Origin: Styela clava
Lineage: Eukaryota
Direction of reading: 5' to 3'
Assembly: GCF_964204865.1 (NCBI RefSeq)
Contig: NC_135253.1
Span: forward strand, 16,802,001 to 16,866,000
DNA length: 64,000 nucleotides
Numbering within the stretch: position 1 is the first letter of the stretch; every line of letters starts with the position of its first letter. This document shows positions 50,301 through 62,241 of the stretch, in pieces. The notes under the pieces are model-generated. The model searched no databases, was not told the origin of the DNA, and worked only from the letters and a program-made list of their open reading frames with translations. The translations under genes were made by a program, and so were the position numbers.

Positions 50301-52255
50301 TAAGTTAAAAAACAAATAAATTAATGCAAGGTTACTTTAAAAACTATATATATTATCAGTTTCACAGAAGTTATAGCAGCTTGCCTTTTTCATTCGAGGG
50401 ATTCAGAAAATGACTACATGATCATTTTTGAAAACCATTCAATGATAAGTAATACCATTCAATATTATTAACAGGAAGGACCCGTTCCTACCTTGAAAAA
50501 GACCGTGTGTGGCTTCGTATGTTTCTCTGTTAAGAAGAAAACCACACAAAAGACGTCTGACAACAGAAAAGTGGGGAACATTGATATTTTCCTCTAGAAA
50601 CTGTCTGAACTTATTGACATCCATCTTTGATATGTGCAACATCGCAAACGTTTCTTGCACCGACTGATGACAAAAGAACATGACGTAATCGTCACTGAAT
50701 AACTTCTCTCGAATTATAATCGATGTTTGCCTCGGAGCAAAAATGATAAGATCTTGGGCGTCTTCCGATTTCAAATCAACAGTTTTGAAATCGTCTTCCG
50801 TAAAAAGTACTCTTCTCTCTACAGTTCCTTGGAACGCAAGTTTTTTTAATTTTTGAAGAGTCGAACTTTCTTTAGAAATTGTAGCGTACTTTGATTCTAC
50901 AAAGCATTGGATGAAGACAGTCATAACCCCAGCCATTGTGTCGAGAGAAAAATCCGTTTTGCAGATGAAAACTAAAACTGTGAAAATGAGAAAAAGTGGT
51001 GTTCTGCACATGATCAATAAATTGGGACATCGTTCACTCAAGCGGCTCCAAACGGTCGTATCTGATTTTGGTAATGCAACGGCAAGGTGTTCAATATCAG
51101 GCTGTTCCAAACCATTCAGAACAATAATTTTATCCGCTCGCAGTCTGTCTTGAAAAAATCTTATTTTATGCTGTCTTGATGATGTGACTACCCAAGCATT
51201 TGGAAAAAGCTCACCGCATAATAAATTGTATATTATGCTTGGCACAGTGGTAGAAGTAAAATAATCAATTTTTGCAGATTCATTTTCTAATTGCCAGTCA
51301 TACTGATCCAAACCATCAATGATAAAAATACAATTTTCTTGATTATTAATAAGCTTATTGTATCCAGCATTCAACTCGTCTTTGCTCAGTTCCTTTACCA
51401 TACTCTTGAAGATAAGTTCACATGGTGTAAATGTTCCGCCAATTGGTAAGTCCCTTACATTTATAAAGTGTCCGAAGAACGGTTTTCGTCTCCGAGGCAT
51501 TGTGAGCCTTCTGCAAACATCTGGTCTTTCACGAATTTTTACGGAGATTTTGCCTTCAGCAAGTCCCCTTGCATATCGCTTTAACAGTGTTGTTTTTCCA
51601 CTACCAGCTCCACCAACTAAAGAAACATGGCGGCATCTTGTTTTGCCGAGGCTATCATGTAGTTGTTCTAATGCAACACGTTGACCCTTCCATTTATCAA
51701 CACCTGGAGTGAAATTTGATTCTGGAGAATATTGCTCATTTCCTGCAGCTTCTACACCGCGATAAAAATCCACTTGGAGCAAAATGGGACACACTTCAAA
51801 ATCAGGTTCTTTTAACGGACTGTACTCTGCAACTACACTCGCTCCTGTTTTGTTTTCAGTTGTAATTTTGATCTTGTTGAAAAATCCTCTAACTGACTCG
51901 CGTCTTCCTGTTTAAGATAAAAAAAAAAGGAAATGAAAACTTGTTATCTTACCAAATAAATATTTTGTTTTTCTGATTTGATACAACGTTATTTTTATGA
52001 TATCACTCAAGGAAGCCGATTCGAAATGAAACCGCTGACTTCAGTAGAATTATGCAAGAAAATCACCCAAGAAACCAATTTGAGCAGATAACTATGCTAT
52101 ACCAATGTCTTACCTCTGCTACTAGCTTTTGGAATTGATTCATTACGAGAATGAATTGTTGTAATCGAAGTATTATGGATACCTCCGCCAATTATAGTCG
52201 AATGTGAATTGCTCACTTGTAAAAGCTCTGGTTGTTCGACGAAAACTTGTGCCAT
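47376..52255 (-). CDS. NLR-C: NACHT-LRR protein, about 867 aa, with a short N-terminus bearing a RHIM-like motif
   Basis: Exons (minus strand): 52255-52114, 51907-50492 (NACHT), 49981-49665, 49308-49150, 48816-48646, 48562-48398, 47940-47764, 47432-47376. All GT-AG, 2604 nt in frame. Walker A GGAGSGKTT, Walker B IIDGLDQ, sensor-1 VTSSRQ, CRTPL, FCHQSVQETFA. An in-frame stop lies upstream of the ATG at 52255. Confidence 0.88.
47621..47731. mobile_element. Short palindromic MITE in the last intron of NLR-C
   Basis: GGTACTCCTGAAGTATGCGCACCAAGATG...AACCCTAACC...CATCTTGGTGCGCATACTTCAGGAGGTCC; long inverted arms. Confidence 0.82.
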
Positions 52256-55200
52256 CAATTTCAATTCAGAAAAAGGTTTATTATATAAATTAGTTTATAA
52301 GATCATCGAATATATTCTCGAAATGTCCAAATATGTTTCACCAAGCTATAACAAGGATGTTATGATTATATATATTAATAGTGCAGGAGAAATTCACAGT
52401 AAAGAGCTACTGTCAAATGTCAATCGTTACGTCACATTATATGGTGTGGTAGGATCGCTGATTTAAAGAAAGCCAGAAATCTTGGTTAAAGCAATATGAT
52501 ATTTTGTACTCGATCAAATAAAGTAGTTCGGCTGTTTGCTTACACTTTACAGCACTTATCATTTGAGAATCGAGTTAAGTTTCCGAATAAATCCATGTTT
52601 TCACATACTTTGTATATGCTATCATAGTTTGCTGTTTAAATAAATACCAAAAAATCTGATATAACATGACACCGGGTTTCAGGAATGTTCTCCGATCAAT
52701 GAATGTCGACAACACATTTTTAATTAATGGCATTGTAATACCTAATAAAATGGTCTCAAGTTCGTTACTATCGCCTCCGCTCCATGCTTACAATGTAAAT
52801 ACCAATAATGACATATTGTAGCATCGACAAGCAGATGGCATACGGAGAGCATTGGATAGATACTTTATGCACAGGGTGTCATGTACAATCTTGTCACGGG
52901 GTATTTACTAAATTAGTCGTAACTGAGCTACGATACCTAGGCTTTGCAAGGAACCAAATTATAAACAGAGGTACCCACTACCCACGATGCTCCTTGCTAC
53001 AGTTACTATTTACGACTGTTTGATATTGTCGCCACTCCATCTGTTTTTCTATGCAGTTCATTACATATTAACAATACGATATAATTTATCATCCTTGACA
53101 ACACCACAATAATGTACTGACTGTTTATATTGCATTTGTCATTTCGTATTTTCTACGAGTTATTTCACTTGAAATTTATCATAAACGCCACAAACTTTTT
53201 GAATGATATGACGCAAATAAATGATGGATTCGAGACGTGAAAAATCGTCTCAAAATTTTTGAGTTAGTTTCCTGAATTACTGACTCATAAGTATTTGTAC
53301 AAAGTGTAATATGCAATAAATCATATAGGTGAGGCATGATTGAAATGATACTACAAATATGAAATATAAAACTTCATTCAACCGTTGCACTAATACCAGT
53401 GATCTTTACTTCCTAAACAACTTCCACATTGTTGATGGTACACTAATTTATACACTATACAAAAAACGTGAATTTTACCCACATGTATTAAAACGCTTTT
53501 CCAGCCTGCAAAAATATTATCTACAATTTTAATGAGTCGGCGATTATAACAAAGCTTATAACTCGTGTCAGCGCCCAACTCCTGATACAAACTTTCAAGG
53601 TGAACCGTGAAAAATCTCTCCGCGTACCTTCTGTAAACGAAAGTTTTTTCAAAATACCAATTGTTTCCTGGCAAGTTACTTCCCGTTCAACTGTTGTTTT
53701 ATCATTGCCTGGCTCTGTTTTGAGTCATTGTATACTATACACTCTACATATTATGAATAGTTGAATTTAGCTAGCGAGAAGCTTTCATAAACTACGTTTA
53801 TCTCGAATATTCCTCGGTAAATGAATGTATCATGTTTATCTTTATAGAATAAAGCTAAAAAAAGTTCTCGTTTGTCGACATACTTCATTCGAAAGATTTA
53901 CAGAAAATTTCTTAAAAAGGTGGTTAGCGGTAACGAAATCTTATCTTAAAGGCTTTGTCATATACAAAAGGAAATTTCTATGATTTCCCGCAGATGCTTT
54001 TCGGAATATATCCCTTCGCAACCAGTTTCTTTAAAGATAATTCTGATAAAGCACTATTACCACAAATGACCGGCGTTTGCCTTTTTATTGAGACATAGGT
54101 AGCAACAGAAAGCATAAATACAGTATGTGACGGCAAAGTCGCGGTTTCATATATATTCTAATTTACCTTCACATTAATTACCAAGAACAGCCGGCCAATT
54201 TTGGCAAGCACCTCAACTATGATAAATTTTGAACAAGAACAACAAAAACATAACGACAAAACGATCCATATCTTCATTTCGTGTCCAATAATATGGCAAA
54301 AAGTGAAAATCCAAGTTTTATTATCTAACCTCACAACATGAACCTGAAGTCAATATTTGAAACTGGCTGAAATTTAGCTGTCTTTGATTCTTAAATTAGA
54401 AAGACGTGCTGTTTTATGTCGCAGAAAAATATTTACATTCATGTCGCGCGACTCATCGAATAGTATTACCCGAGGTGACTGTATGTGCCAACGTCTCTAC
54501 AGTTACAAGGTAAATACTTCCAAATACAATGACAGAATGGTGCAATTCAATACAACAAAATATCCCACGCTTATTATGCGTCACGCTATCTCTTTTTAAT
54601 AAAAAAGGTGGGCGTTGGATATTTCAAAATTTAATTCAACCATGGGAATATGAGTCTCTAAGTCTCTTATTTCCATACAAGTCTAATAATTCCTTTGTGA
54701 TGTATCTACAATGTACACAGTGTGGCGTGTTTTTATTACTTCCGTCGAGACTAGATCGCGGGAGGTTCTGCTACATATTTTCTAAAAACCAATGTCGACC
54801 GTTTAAAAATTTATATATGTGAGTATCCTATTCGTTTCATTTATTGTGCCGTATTTTTCATCTCGCAGTTTCGCATCTAACAGAACGAGTGTGGTCCTTC
54901 AATTAAAAATTCACCGATGAGTGGGTATGACATCCCATTTTGGCCCTTATACATCCCTTGTAATACAATTATACACCAAGTACAATATTAATATGATATA
55001 TATCTATGATGCTGACAATGTAAGCATATTATGTAGTTTAATAAATTCCCTGAGTCAATATCCTGAATACTTTATGTCTGTTATAAAGTATAAAATTAGA
55101 AAACACAAATGGGGAATAAACTAACTCAGTTATAACAAATCTGCTTCTCGAGGCCATGCAAGCATGATTGTCTTCGTTATAGGATCTCGCCTTCACTGCA

Positions 55201-56432
55201 AAACTGAGACACAACGACCAGCAAAAGATTTCGTAGGAATCAATAGTCTTGCTGCCCGCTAATCATCATTGTGCAGCATATATAGAATGTTTTCTTTCAT
55301 TCAGTTTATCGTGGTTAGCATAAATCAGGTTATTGCCCCACCATTCACCTCAACCTAAAGAAACTCAGAGAAAAAAGATCAGAAGTGGCTAGGCAATAAA
55401 CTGATAGCACCAAGAGTTATTCTGCGAGGGTGATTTTTGTGTGGATCTTGTCTGCAAATTTCCGTGGATGATTTGGTGGCGAGAGGAAAGTGGCATTTTT
55501 TATTGATATCGGTTATTATCACAAAATTAAATTCGCGCAAATCGCTGATAAATCTATTCTTTAAGACTTCATTTTCGCAAAAGTCCAGCACTAGATAGTA
55601 TTGATGGTTCAAATGTTTGCTTTTTGATATCAGTTTCATCAAGTTCTACCTTTGAGTATCTGCACCTATTTCGCGTACACAACAATATTACACAAAATTC
55701 GTGCAGAACAGTTGTAGCCCCATACAACACAACGTCAATTTATTTTTTATATCATACAAAAATCATGAAGAGCGTGATTTCTACAAATGCTAGTTATAGT
55801 AAGCAAAATACATTTTATTGGACAATTGAATGGAAATGATTATCGCCCACAGAACCATAACAACAGAACGAAAAACTACAAAAATGTATAAAAAAAATTA
55901 TCGAATCTCTGCAATTCCTTGTCTAGTCTTGAACAGAACCTCGTATACTGTAATAAATGCTTAAACTTTACAATTTAAACTGTTTACTGCTACACGTTCT
56001 AAATATTCGTCTTATATAACAATATCATAAAAACTTCCTAATATAACTCGATGACCTCATCTCGACTCTCAGGCCAAACCATATAACAAATATACAAATT
56101 GTGTGTACGTTTCATATAAAATGAATGGGTCAATGTCCAATGCAACGCATTTTAATTTCCGTGAGTTGGATCGTCATCTTCAAATGATTTGAAACGTCAT
56201 ACACCGTATACACCGTAAATTTTCAAACGGGAAAACCCTAAAAACGATTTAAATAATACAATTGAGCAATCACCCTATTCAGCAATTAACAGTCACTTAC
56301 GCATCACACAATGTTCAGGTATAAATTAGAATATCAGATTTTACGACACCTTGGTTTAGCCAGTAAGTTTTGTATGATTCATACATATTCAATGCAATGT
56401 GCAAGGCCTATTACACAATAGTTATATCAGAT

Positions 56433-56930
56433 TAGGCTTACCATACGTCCCACTTTAGGCGGAAAGTCCCGCTTTTCAACGTCATGTCCCGGTATCCCAC
56501 AGGTCAGCCAAATGTCCCGCTTTAGCGTTCAACTAGCCAGCATAATACACGAACAATACCAATTAAAATGTTCTTGATATATAGGCTACTGTTGTTGCTG
56601 TGTAGCGTACCGTTAGCCTTCTCACTGAAGGTGGGTGCGTGGTTTTGTTTGTTTCTTTGTTTTGTTAGCGGATAGTTGCTACATTTTGTAACGTGTAAGC
56701 CCCGTACGCCAAAAGGGTGCTCAACGTTAACGTAAATTTATTTCTATTTTTCGAACTGAAACCGATATTCAGACAGACAGCGCAAGATCTTTCGATTACA
56801 ATATGGTCAATGAAGACGGTCGGGATGGTTTAAAATGACGGCCTCCAATGTAAAATTTAAAGGTGCAAAAATCACAGCTATGGTCTTTAGAGGCGTCCCG
56901 CTCTGAGATCACAAAAATATGGTAACCCTA
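56433..56930. mobile_element. Non-autonomous hAT (Blackjack-like) MITE
   Basis: TIRs TAGGCTTACCATA and TATGGTAACCCTA. Perfect 8-bp TSD TATCAGAT. GTCCCG subterminal repeats. Confidence 0.9.
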
Positions 56931-58810
56931 TATCAGATGATCTCGAAGTTTCATGATACGCGACCATGTTTCAAAGACTCTCAACAGTTGTGGCCACCTG
57001 CTCATCTATAAAATACTTAGTTTTGCTCTAACACGTTTCTATCTATTATTTTAGGCGTTGCAATTAATACTAAAATCGTCAACTAACGGAAGCAAAAGGC
57101 ATTGCAGTTGAAGAATTGGACATTTAAAGTCAATTAACTTCAAATTAATATAGTAATCGCAATGGGTACCAGGTTAAGGTTTTTTTGTACTCGTGGGCCC
57201 TCTGAAGCGGCGAGGGCCCGGATGGGTTGTTATATACATCATAGTATTATCTCGGAAATTTGAGAACCGCCAATAGACTTAATAAAATTTTACCGCGATA
57301 TATATTAAAATAATTTTTAAAATTCAGGCTACATCTTATTTTCCGGGAAACACGGTAATTTCATTAATCCATTGATTTTCTGTTTTCAGTAATCGTCCTG
57401 CCAAGCTGCACCATCAATGTTATAAAAATTACCGTAAAATCCTATACCAAAAAGTGAATTCCTATATATATTTGTAATGGCGGTATTTTTTATATGGGCG
57501 CCCTTTATAATCCTCTAAAAACCTTCCGCATTTCTTCTAAAAATAGAATTATACAAATGATATATATGGCGCAGTATTTTAAGCAACCTCGTAGATAATG
57601 TTGACATCACGTCAACACCAGCCATCTGTCTATTATTTGACGAAATTCGGACTGCAACAAATGATATAGATTAACTGATATTCAAACAAATTTTAGGTCC
57701 CATTTATAATAAATACATGCTTTCATATCCATGAGCTATGTGGTTCTACATGTTTCCAGAGACGTTTCTTGTTTATTTCAGCAACATTAGAAAATCAGCA
57801 ATAAATAAACGGTGACGTGACAATTAAAATTACAGAAACCGCCCATACAACTTCTTTGCTCGGACATGTTTTCAGATATGGGTATAGGCGCTCGCTCGTT
57901 TTCGTAGTTTTGATCGCTATTTGTCAGTTTTCGGTCAAAAATGTAGTTGTAAATCTAATAATTTACGCTCATTTTCTCTCTATCTGGGAGTTTCAGTGCA
58001 ATCAAAAAATCCCGAAAAATCTGCGACATGCAGGGCTTAGATTAGCTGCCGGTACTTTCTAATGGCAATTGGTGCCATGAATTAAAATGGTGGGTTCGAA
58101 CATTTAAACCAGTATATAAGCGCCAGCTCGGGTATCACAGGGAAATGAGAATATCCATACCTAGTCTAATTTCAGATAAATTACGGATTGGCGTTACATT
58201 CTGTTTAACAAAATTCCCTCGGTTTTCACCCACTAATCACAGAACGCTGATGGGATCAGTATACCCAACTCGCTTACCGCACATAAGATTTTTACCCATC
58301 AATGACAACTCAAGTATATATTCTGAAATCGAAATCACGGAAATGTACACCAGTCATACGGAAATAGAAAAAAAAATTACCACGTGTCATCAAGTTAGAT
58401 AAACATTTTACATCTATTTATTCAAAACAGTGACAATTATTGAACAAATTTCATACTGATTTAATCTACTCACCTGCCAACAAATATTTATGTACGTCAC
58501 TTACAAAAGATACCACAAGGATAATGATTAATAGATAATATTCGAGTAAAAAAAATGAAACTAGTATATCAAACATTAATGAATGTTATGATAATTAAAC
58601 AGCGAAGCAGCAGATTGGCGTGCTACTCACATAGAATATCTTTTCTGGGGCAACTTTTTAAACAATAGCCTACTACATCTATCTCGTTAACTAGGTACAG
58701 ACTAAATGTCATTTATTGATGCAATACTGAAATTTCACCTCAAATTTGAACTTCCGCATTGCCAATACGTTTTTAGGTTTTACCGGAAGTTGTAAGGTAT
58801 ATTCTAATAA

Positions 58811-61226
58811 CACTGTGCAACACTAAAAAAAGTACAGGGTATCTGCAGCAATTTTTGTATACATAATAACGTAGAAAATTTGTTTCAGGCTTTCTTTTTG
58901 TTGAATTAGGTATAGTTTTTGCAAAATTGCCACAGTCGTGAATTTCAGTAAAAACGTCAAAAATGGGTTACTGCCGTCTTTGCGGTCACATAATATGTGT
59001 ATTATATTATAAATCTTGAGAGAAAAACACAGTTTAATATACACATATTATGTACATTATTTATTATTTGCAAAACACAACAGCCTGTTTCAACCAAAAG
59101 TTCATCAGGTGTTTTTTATTCAAATAGAATTGTATTGGAATTTGTGTACATTAAACTGGCAGGGTAGTAACTAGCTGTAATGAGTTTACAACAGTGTAGC
59201 ACTAAAAGAAAGTTTGTATGCTCAATGTTATACTTTTCTAGTTTCAGTTTATTGAAATATGTGACTTACCAGTTTGCAACAAATTACTACTCATAGCTAG
59301 GCCCCACTGTTACTGCTGGAAAGACCTACCCTGATGTGCAGATGTAACATAAGTACTAGAGTGGCAGGCAAGGGTTATAGTATAGGCTTTGACGATGACT
59401 TCAAGACAGTGCAAAAATGATCCAAGCAAATTCTGCTACATATGTGGCGAATTAACATTTGCTAAAGAAAGGCGCAGTATTACCAGCCATATCAAGAAAT
59501 TGTACAAGGCGTACTTTCATTGTCATATAGGAGACCAAGACAAATCATGGGCTCCTCATGCCTGTTGCCTTACATGTGTGAAAACATTGAGCGCATGGTA
59601 TGCAAAAAAGAATGTGCACATGAAGTTTGGTGTTCCAATGATTTGGCGAGAGCAGAAAGATCATTCTAATGATTGCTATTTTTGTCAGCAGGACTATACC
59701 GGCTGTACAACAGCAAAAAAGAAGAAACGCATTGTTTACCCAAATTTGCAGTCAGCAATACGCCCAGTTGGGCACTCAAAAGAATTACCTGTACCAAAAC
59801 CCCCTGATCAGGAAATGTGGAGTTCAAGCAGTGGGGATGAACATTGTAGTGATGGAACAGTAGGATTTTCTGATTCAGAAAGCAATGATAAACCAATACT
59901 ATTTTCTCAAGATGCTCTGAATGACTTATGTAGAGATCTTTATTTAACCAAAGACAAAAGTGAACTTCTTGCATCAAGGCTTAAAGAACGAAATCTTCTT
60001 AGAAAAGGGGTGAAAATAACATTATACAGAAAACGTGCACAAAACTTGCATGTTTATTTCACTCTGGCAGATGATTTATGCTTCTGCAATGACATTGTTG
60101 GACTTTTTGAACAACTGGAAATACCATATGATAACACCAACTGGCGACTTTTCTTAGACGCATCCAAGGAAAGCATAAAAGCTGTTTTGCTCCACAATGG
60201 TAACACCCTGCCATCTGTTCCTATAGCTTACAGCACAACTATGAAAGAATCATATGAAAATTTAAAAACAATTTTAACAAGCATACAGTATAACGTCTAT
60301 AAATGGCATGTTTGTGCAGATTTTAAGGTTATAGCCATGCTCACTGGCCTTCAGTCAGGCTATACTAAATTTTGTTGCTTCTTGTGCTTATGGGACTCTA
60401 GAGCAAGAGTTGAACACTATGTACGCAAGCACTGGCCCGCTAGAGATGAAATTGAGCAAGGAAAACATAACATCAAACACAAACCACTTCTGCAAAGTGA
60501 TAGAATCCATTTACCACCTTTGCATATTAAACTCGGTTTGTTCAAGCAGTTTGTGAAAGCACTGGACAAGGATTCCTTTGCATTTGCATATCTTGCAGAA
60601 AAGTTTCCTTCCTTAAGCCGAGCTAAAATAAAAGAAGGTATCTTCATAGGTCCCCAAATTCGAAAAATTGTTCTTGATGAAACTTTTGACACACATCTCA
60701 CGAGAAAAGAAAAATGTGCCTTTGAGTCATTCAAGAAAGTTTGTGATAACTTCCTGGGAAAACATCGTTCAGAAGACTATGTGCAAGTTGTGAATGATCT
60801 ACTGCGTCATTTTCATGATATTGGATGTAACATGTCTCTAAAAGTTCATGTGCTCCACTCTCATTTGGATTTTTTTGCTGCGAATCTTGGCAATGTGAGT
60901 GATGAACATGGCGAAAGATTCCATCAGGATATTTCATTAATAGAGAAACGTTTTAAAGGAAAATGGAACACTGGCATGTTGGCAGACTATTGCTGGAATT
61001 TAAAAAAGGATGATGCCACTCTACACAAGAGGGTTAAGAGGACAAATGTTGTTTAAACTGGTGAATTCGGTGTTTTTTTTTCAAAATAAATAATAATAAA
61101 ATACATGAAAATGGTACCTAATCCAGAGAAGTAAATGTCAGATTTGGAATCAGCATACTTTTCTTACACCGAGAAAGGTCTTATATATCTTGTACTTTTT
61201 TTTCACTTCAAATTTGTTGCACAGTG
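58811..61226 (+). mobile_element. Full-length autonomous Chapaev3 (CMC superfamily) DNA transposon
   Basis: TIR CACTGTGCAACA / TGTTGCACAGTG, 3-bp TAA TSD, subterminal AAAAAAAGTACA inverted repeat, and a single intact transposase ORF. Confidence 0.9.
59395..61056 (+). CDS. Chapaev3-type transposase (553 aa from the first ATG)
   Basis: N-terminal Zn-binding Chapa-like region (FCYICGE, GDQDKSWAPHACCLTC, PMIWREQKDHSNDCYFC). Putative catalytic motifs LFLDAS, VCADFKV, PPLHIKLG and SDEHGERFHQD. No stops. Confidence 0.92.
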   Translation: MTSRQCKNDPSKFCYICGELTFAKERRSITSHIKKLYKAYFHCHIGDQDKSWAPHACCLTCVKTLSAWYAKKNVHMKFGVPMIWREQKDHSNDCYFCQQDYTGCTTAKKKKRIVYPNLQSAIRPVGHSKELPVPKPPDQEMWSSSSGDEHCSDGTVGFSDSESNDKPILFSQDALNDLCRDLYLTKDKSELLASRLKERNLLRKGVKITLYRKRAQNLHVYFTLADDLCFCNDIVGLFEQLEIPYDNTNWRLFLDASKESIKAVLLHNGNTLPSVPIAYSTTMKESYENLKTILTSIQYNVYKWHVCADFKVIAMLTGLQSGYTKFCCFLCLWDSRARVEHYVRKHWPARDEIEQGKHNIKHKPLLQSDRIHLPPLHIKLGLFKQFVKALDKDSFAFAYLAEKFPSLSRAKIKEGIFIGPQIRKIVLDETFDTHLTRKEKCAFESFKKVCDNFLGKHRSEDYVQVVNDLLRHFHDIGCNMSLKVHVLHSHLDFFAANLGNVSDEHGERFHQDISLIEKRFKGKWNTGMLADYCWNLKKDDATLHKRVKRTNVV

Positions 61227-61375
61227 TAATTAATAGGCCTACGATAGTTTTAAACATTATTAGAAAATATTGCAGTTTAAAACTTATGCAGCATAAGGCA
61301 TGTCTGGCGTTCCCAAATTTTTCCTACCAGCTTAACACAATGTCAGGACATCGAATACCTAGAATTGGTTTATAC

Positions 61376-62241
61376 CAGCGTTTCCCATCCTTTTTTGATC
61401 GTGAACTATTTTCTCACCGGCGAAAACCTCTGCGGACTCAACATGCGTTTATTGCAACCGTACTATGTGTGAAGAAGTAATAAAACCAAACACAACAGAA
61501 TTTTAACGAATTTTGAAATCGGAAATTCGACGCAATTACGCGTTTGTTAAAAGAGTCGTCTTTTTTAGTGTATAAATTGCCTTTCCTGTCGCACGATATT
61601 TAATCCATGACAACAACGAGAATTCAAAATGTCCTTCTATTTTACTTTAATTGTGTTCATGGCCACTCGTGGTTGCGTCAACTTATGACAAGATGAAAGC
61701 ATTACTGCTTTAAAATGTCACGGCAATCTGCGCACATAATAATGTGAGAATATATTGCCCGATTATATTTAGTTTTGATACATATTTTTTGCGATCTTGC
61801 GAATTTGTTATCGCCGTTAGAAAAATCCTAATATCTGCTATAAATTTCCAGAAAGTACAACTTGATTAATTACTCATTAAAAATATCATTAAAGTATAGT
61901 AGTAAATCAAAAAAATGTTCAAAAAATATTCATTGTCTCACTTTAATTTTAATTTATTTGTGATCATTTTTATCTGCGGTTGTGTTGACGAAATAAAAGC
62001 AATACTATGAAAATATCATGACAATCCGTTGACACAAAAATGCGTGGTAAAGTGCCCGATTATATTTTGTTTTGATTCGTATTTTTGTGAATTCGACAAA
62101 TCTGGGCTGTTCGTACAACACGGCGCCCCAGTACTGTACGTACCAATGTGGAGGCAGTAAAACAAAGAATCCCAAGGGAAAATACCCTGATACGTATACT
62201 ACGGTAGCACCCGAAATTATGACTCGGGTTGGGAAACACTG
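61376..62241. mobile_element. Non-autonomous hAT (Charlie-like) MITE
   Basis: TIRs CAGCGTTTCCCATCC and GGTTGGGAAACACTG. The TSD copies GTTTATAC and GTTTAGAC match at 7/8. Confidence 0.85.

Noticed and set aside
53000-56400. Additional upstream coding exons of NLR-C (e.g. a death domain) among short ORFs such as 55379-55642
   Set aside because: No death-fold-like translation was found. There is an in-frame stop and no AG acceptor immediately upstream of the ATG at 52255. Non-coding exons or a skipped-exon isoform cannot be excluded.
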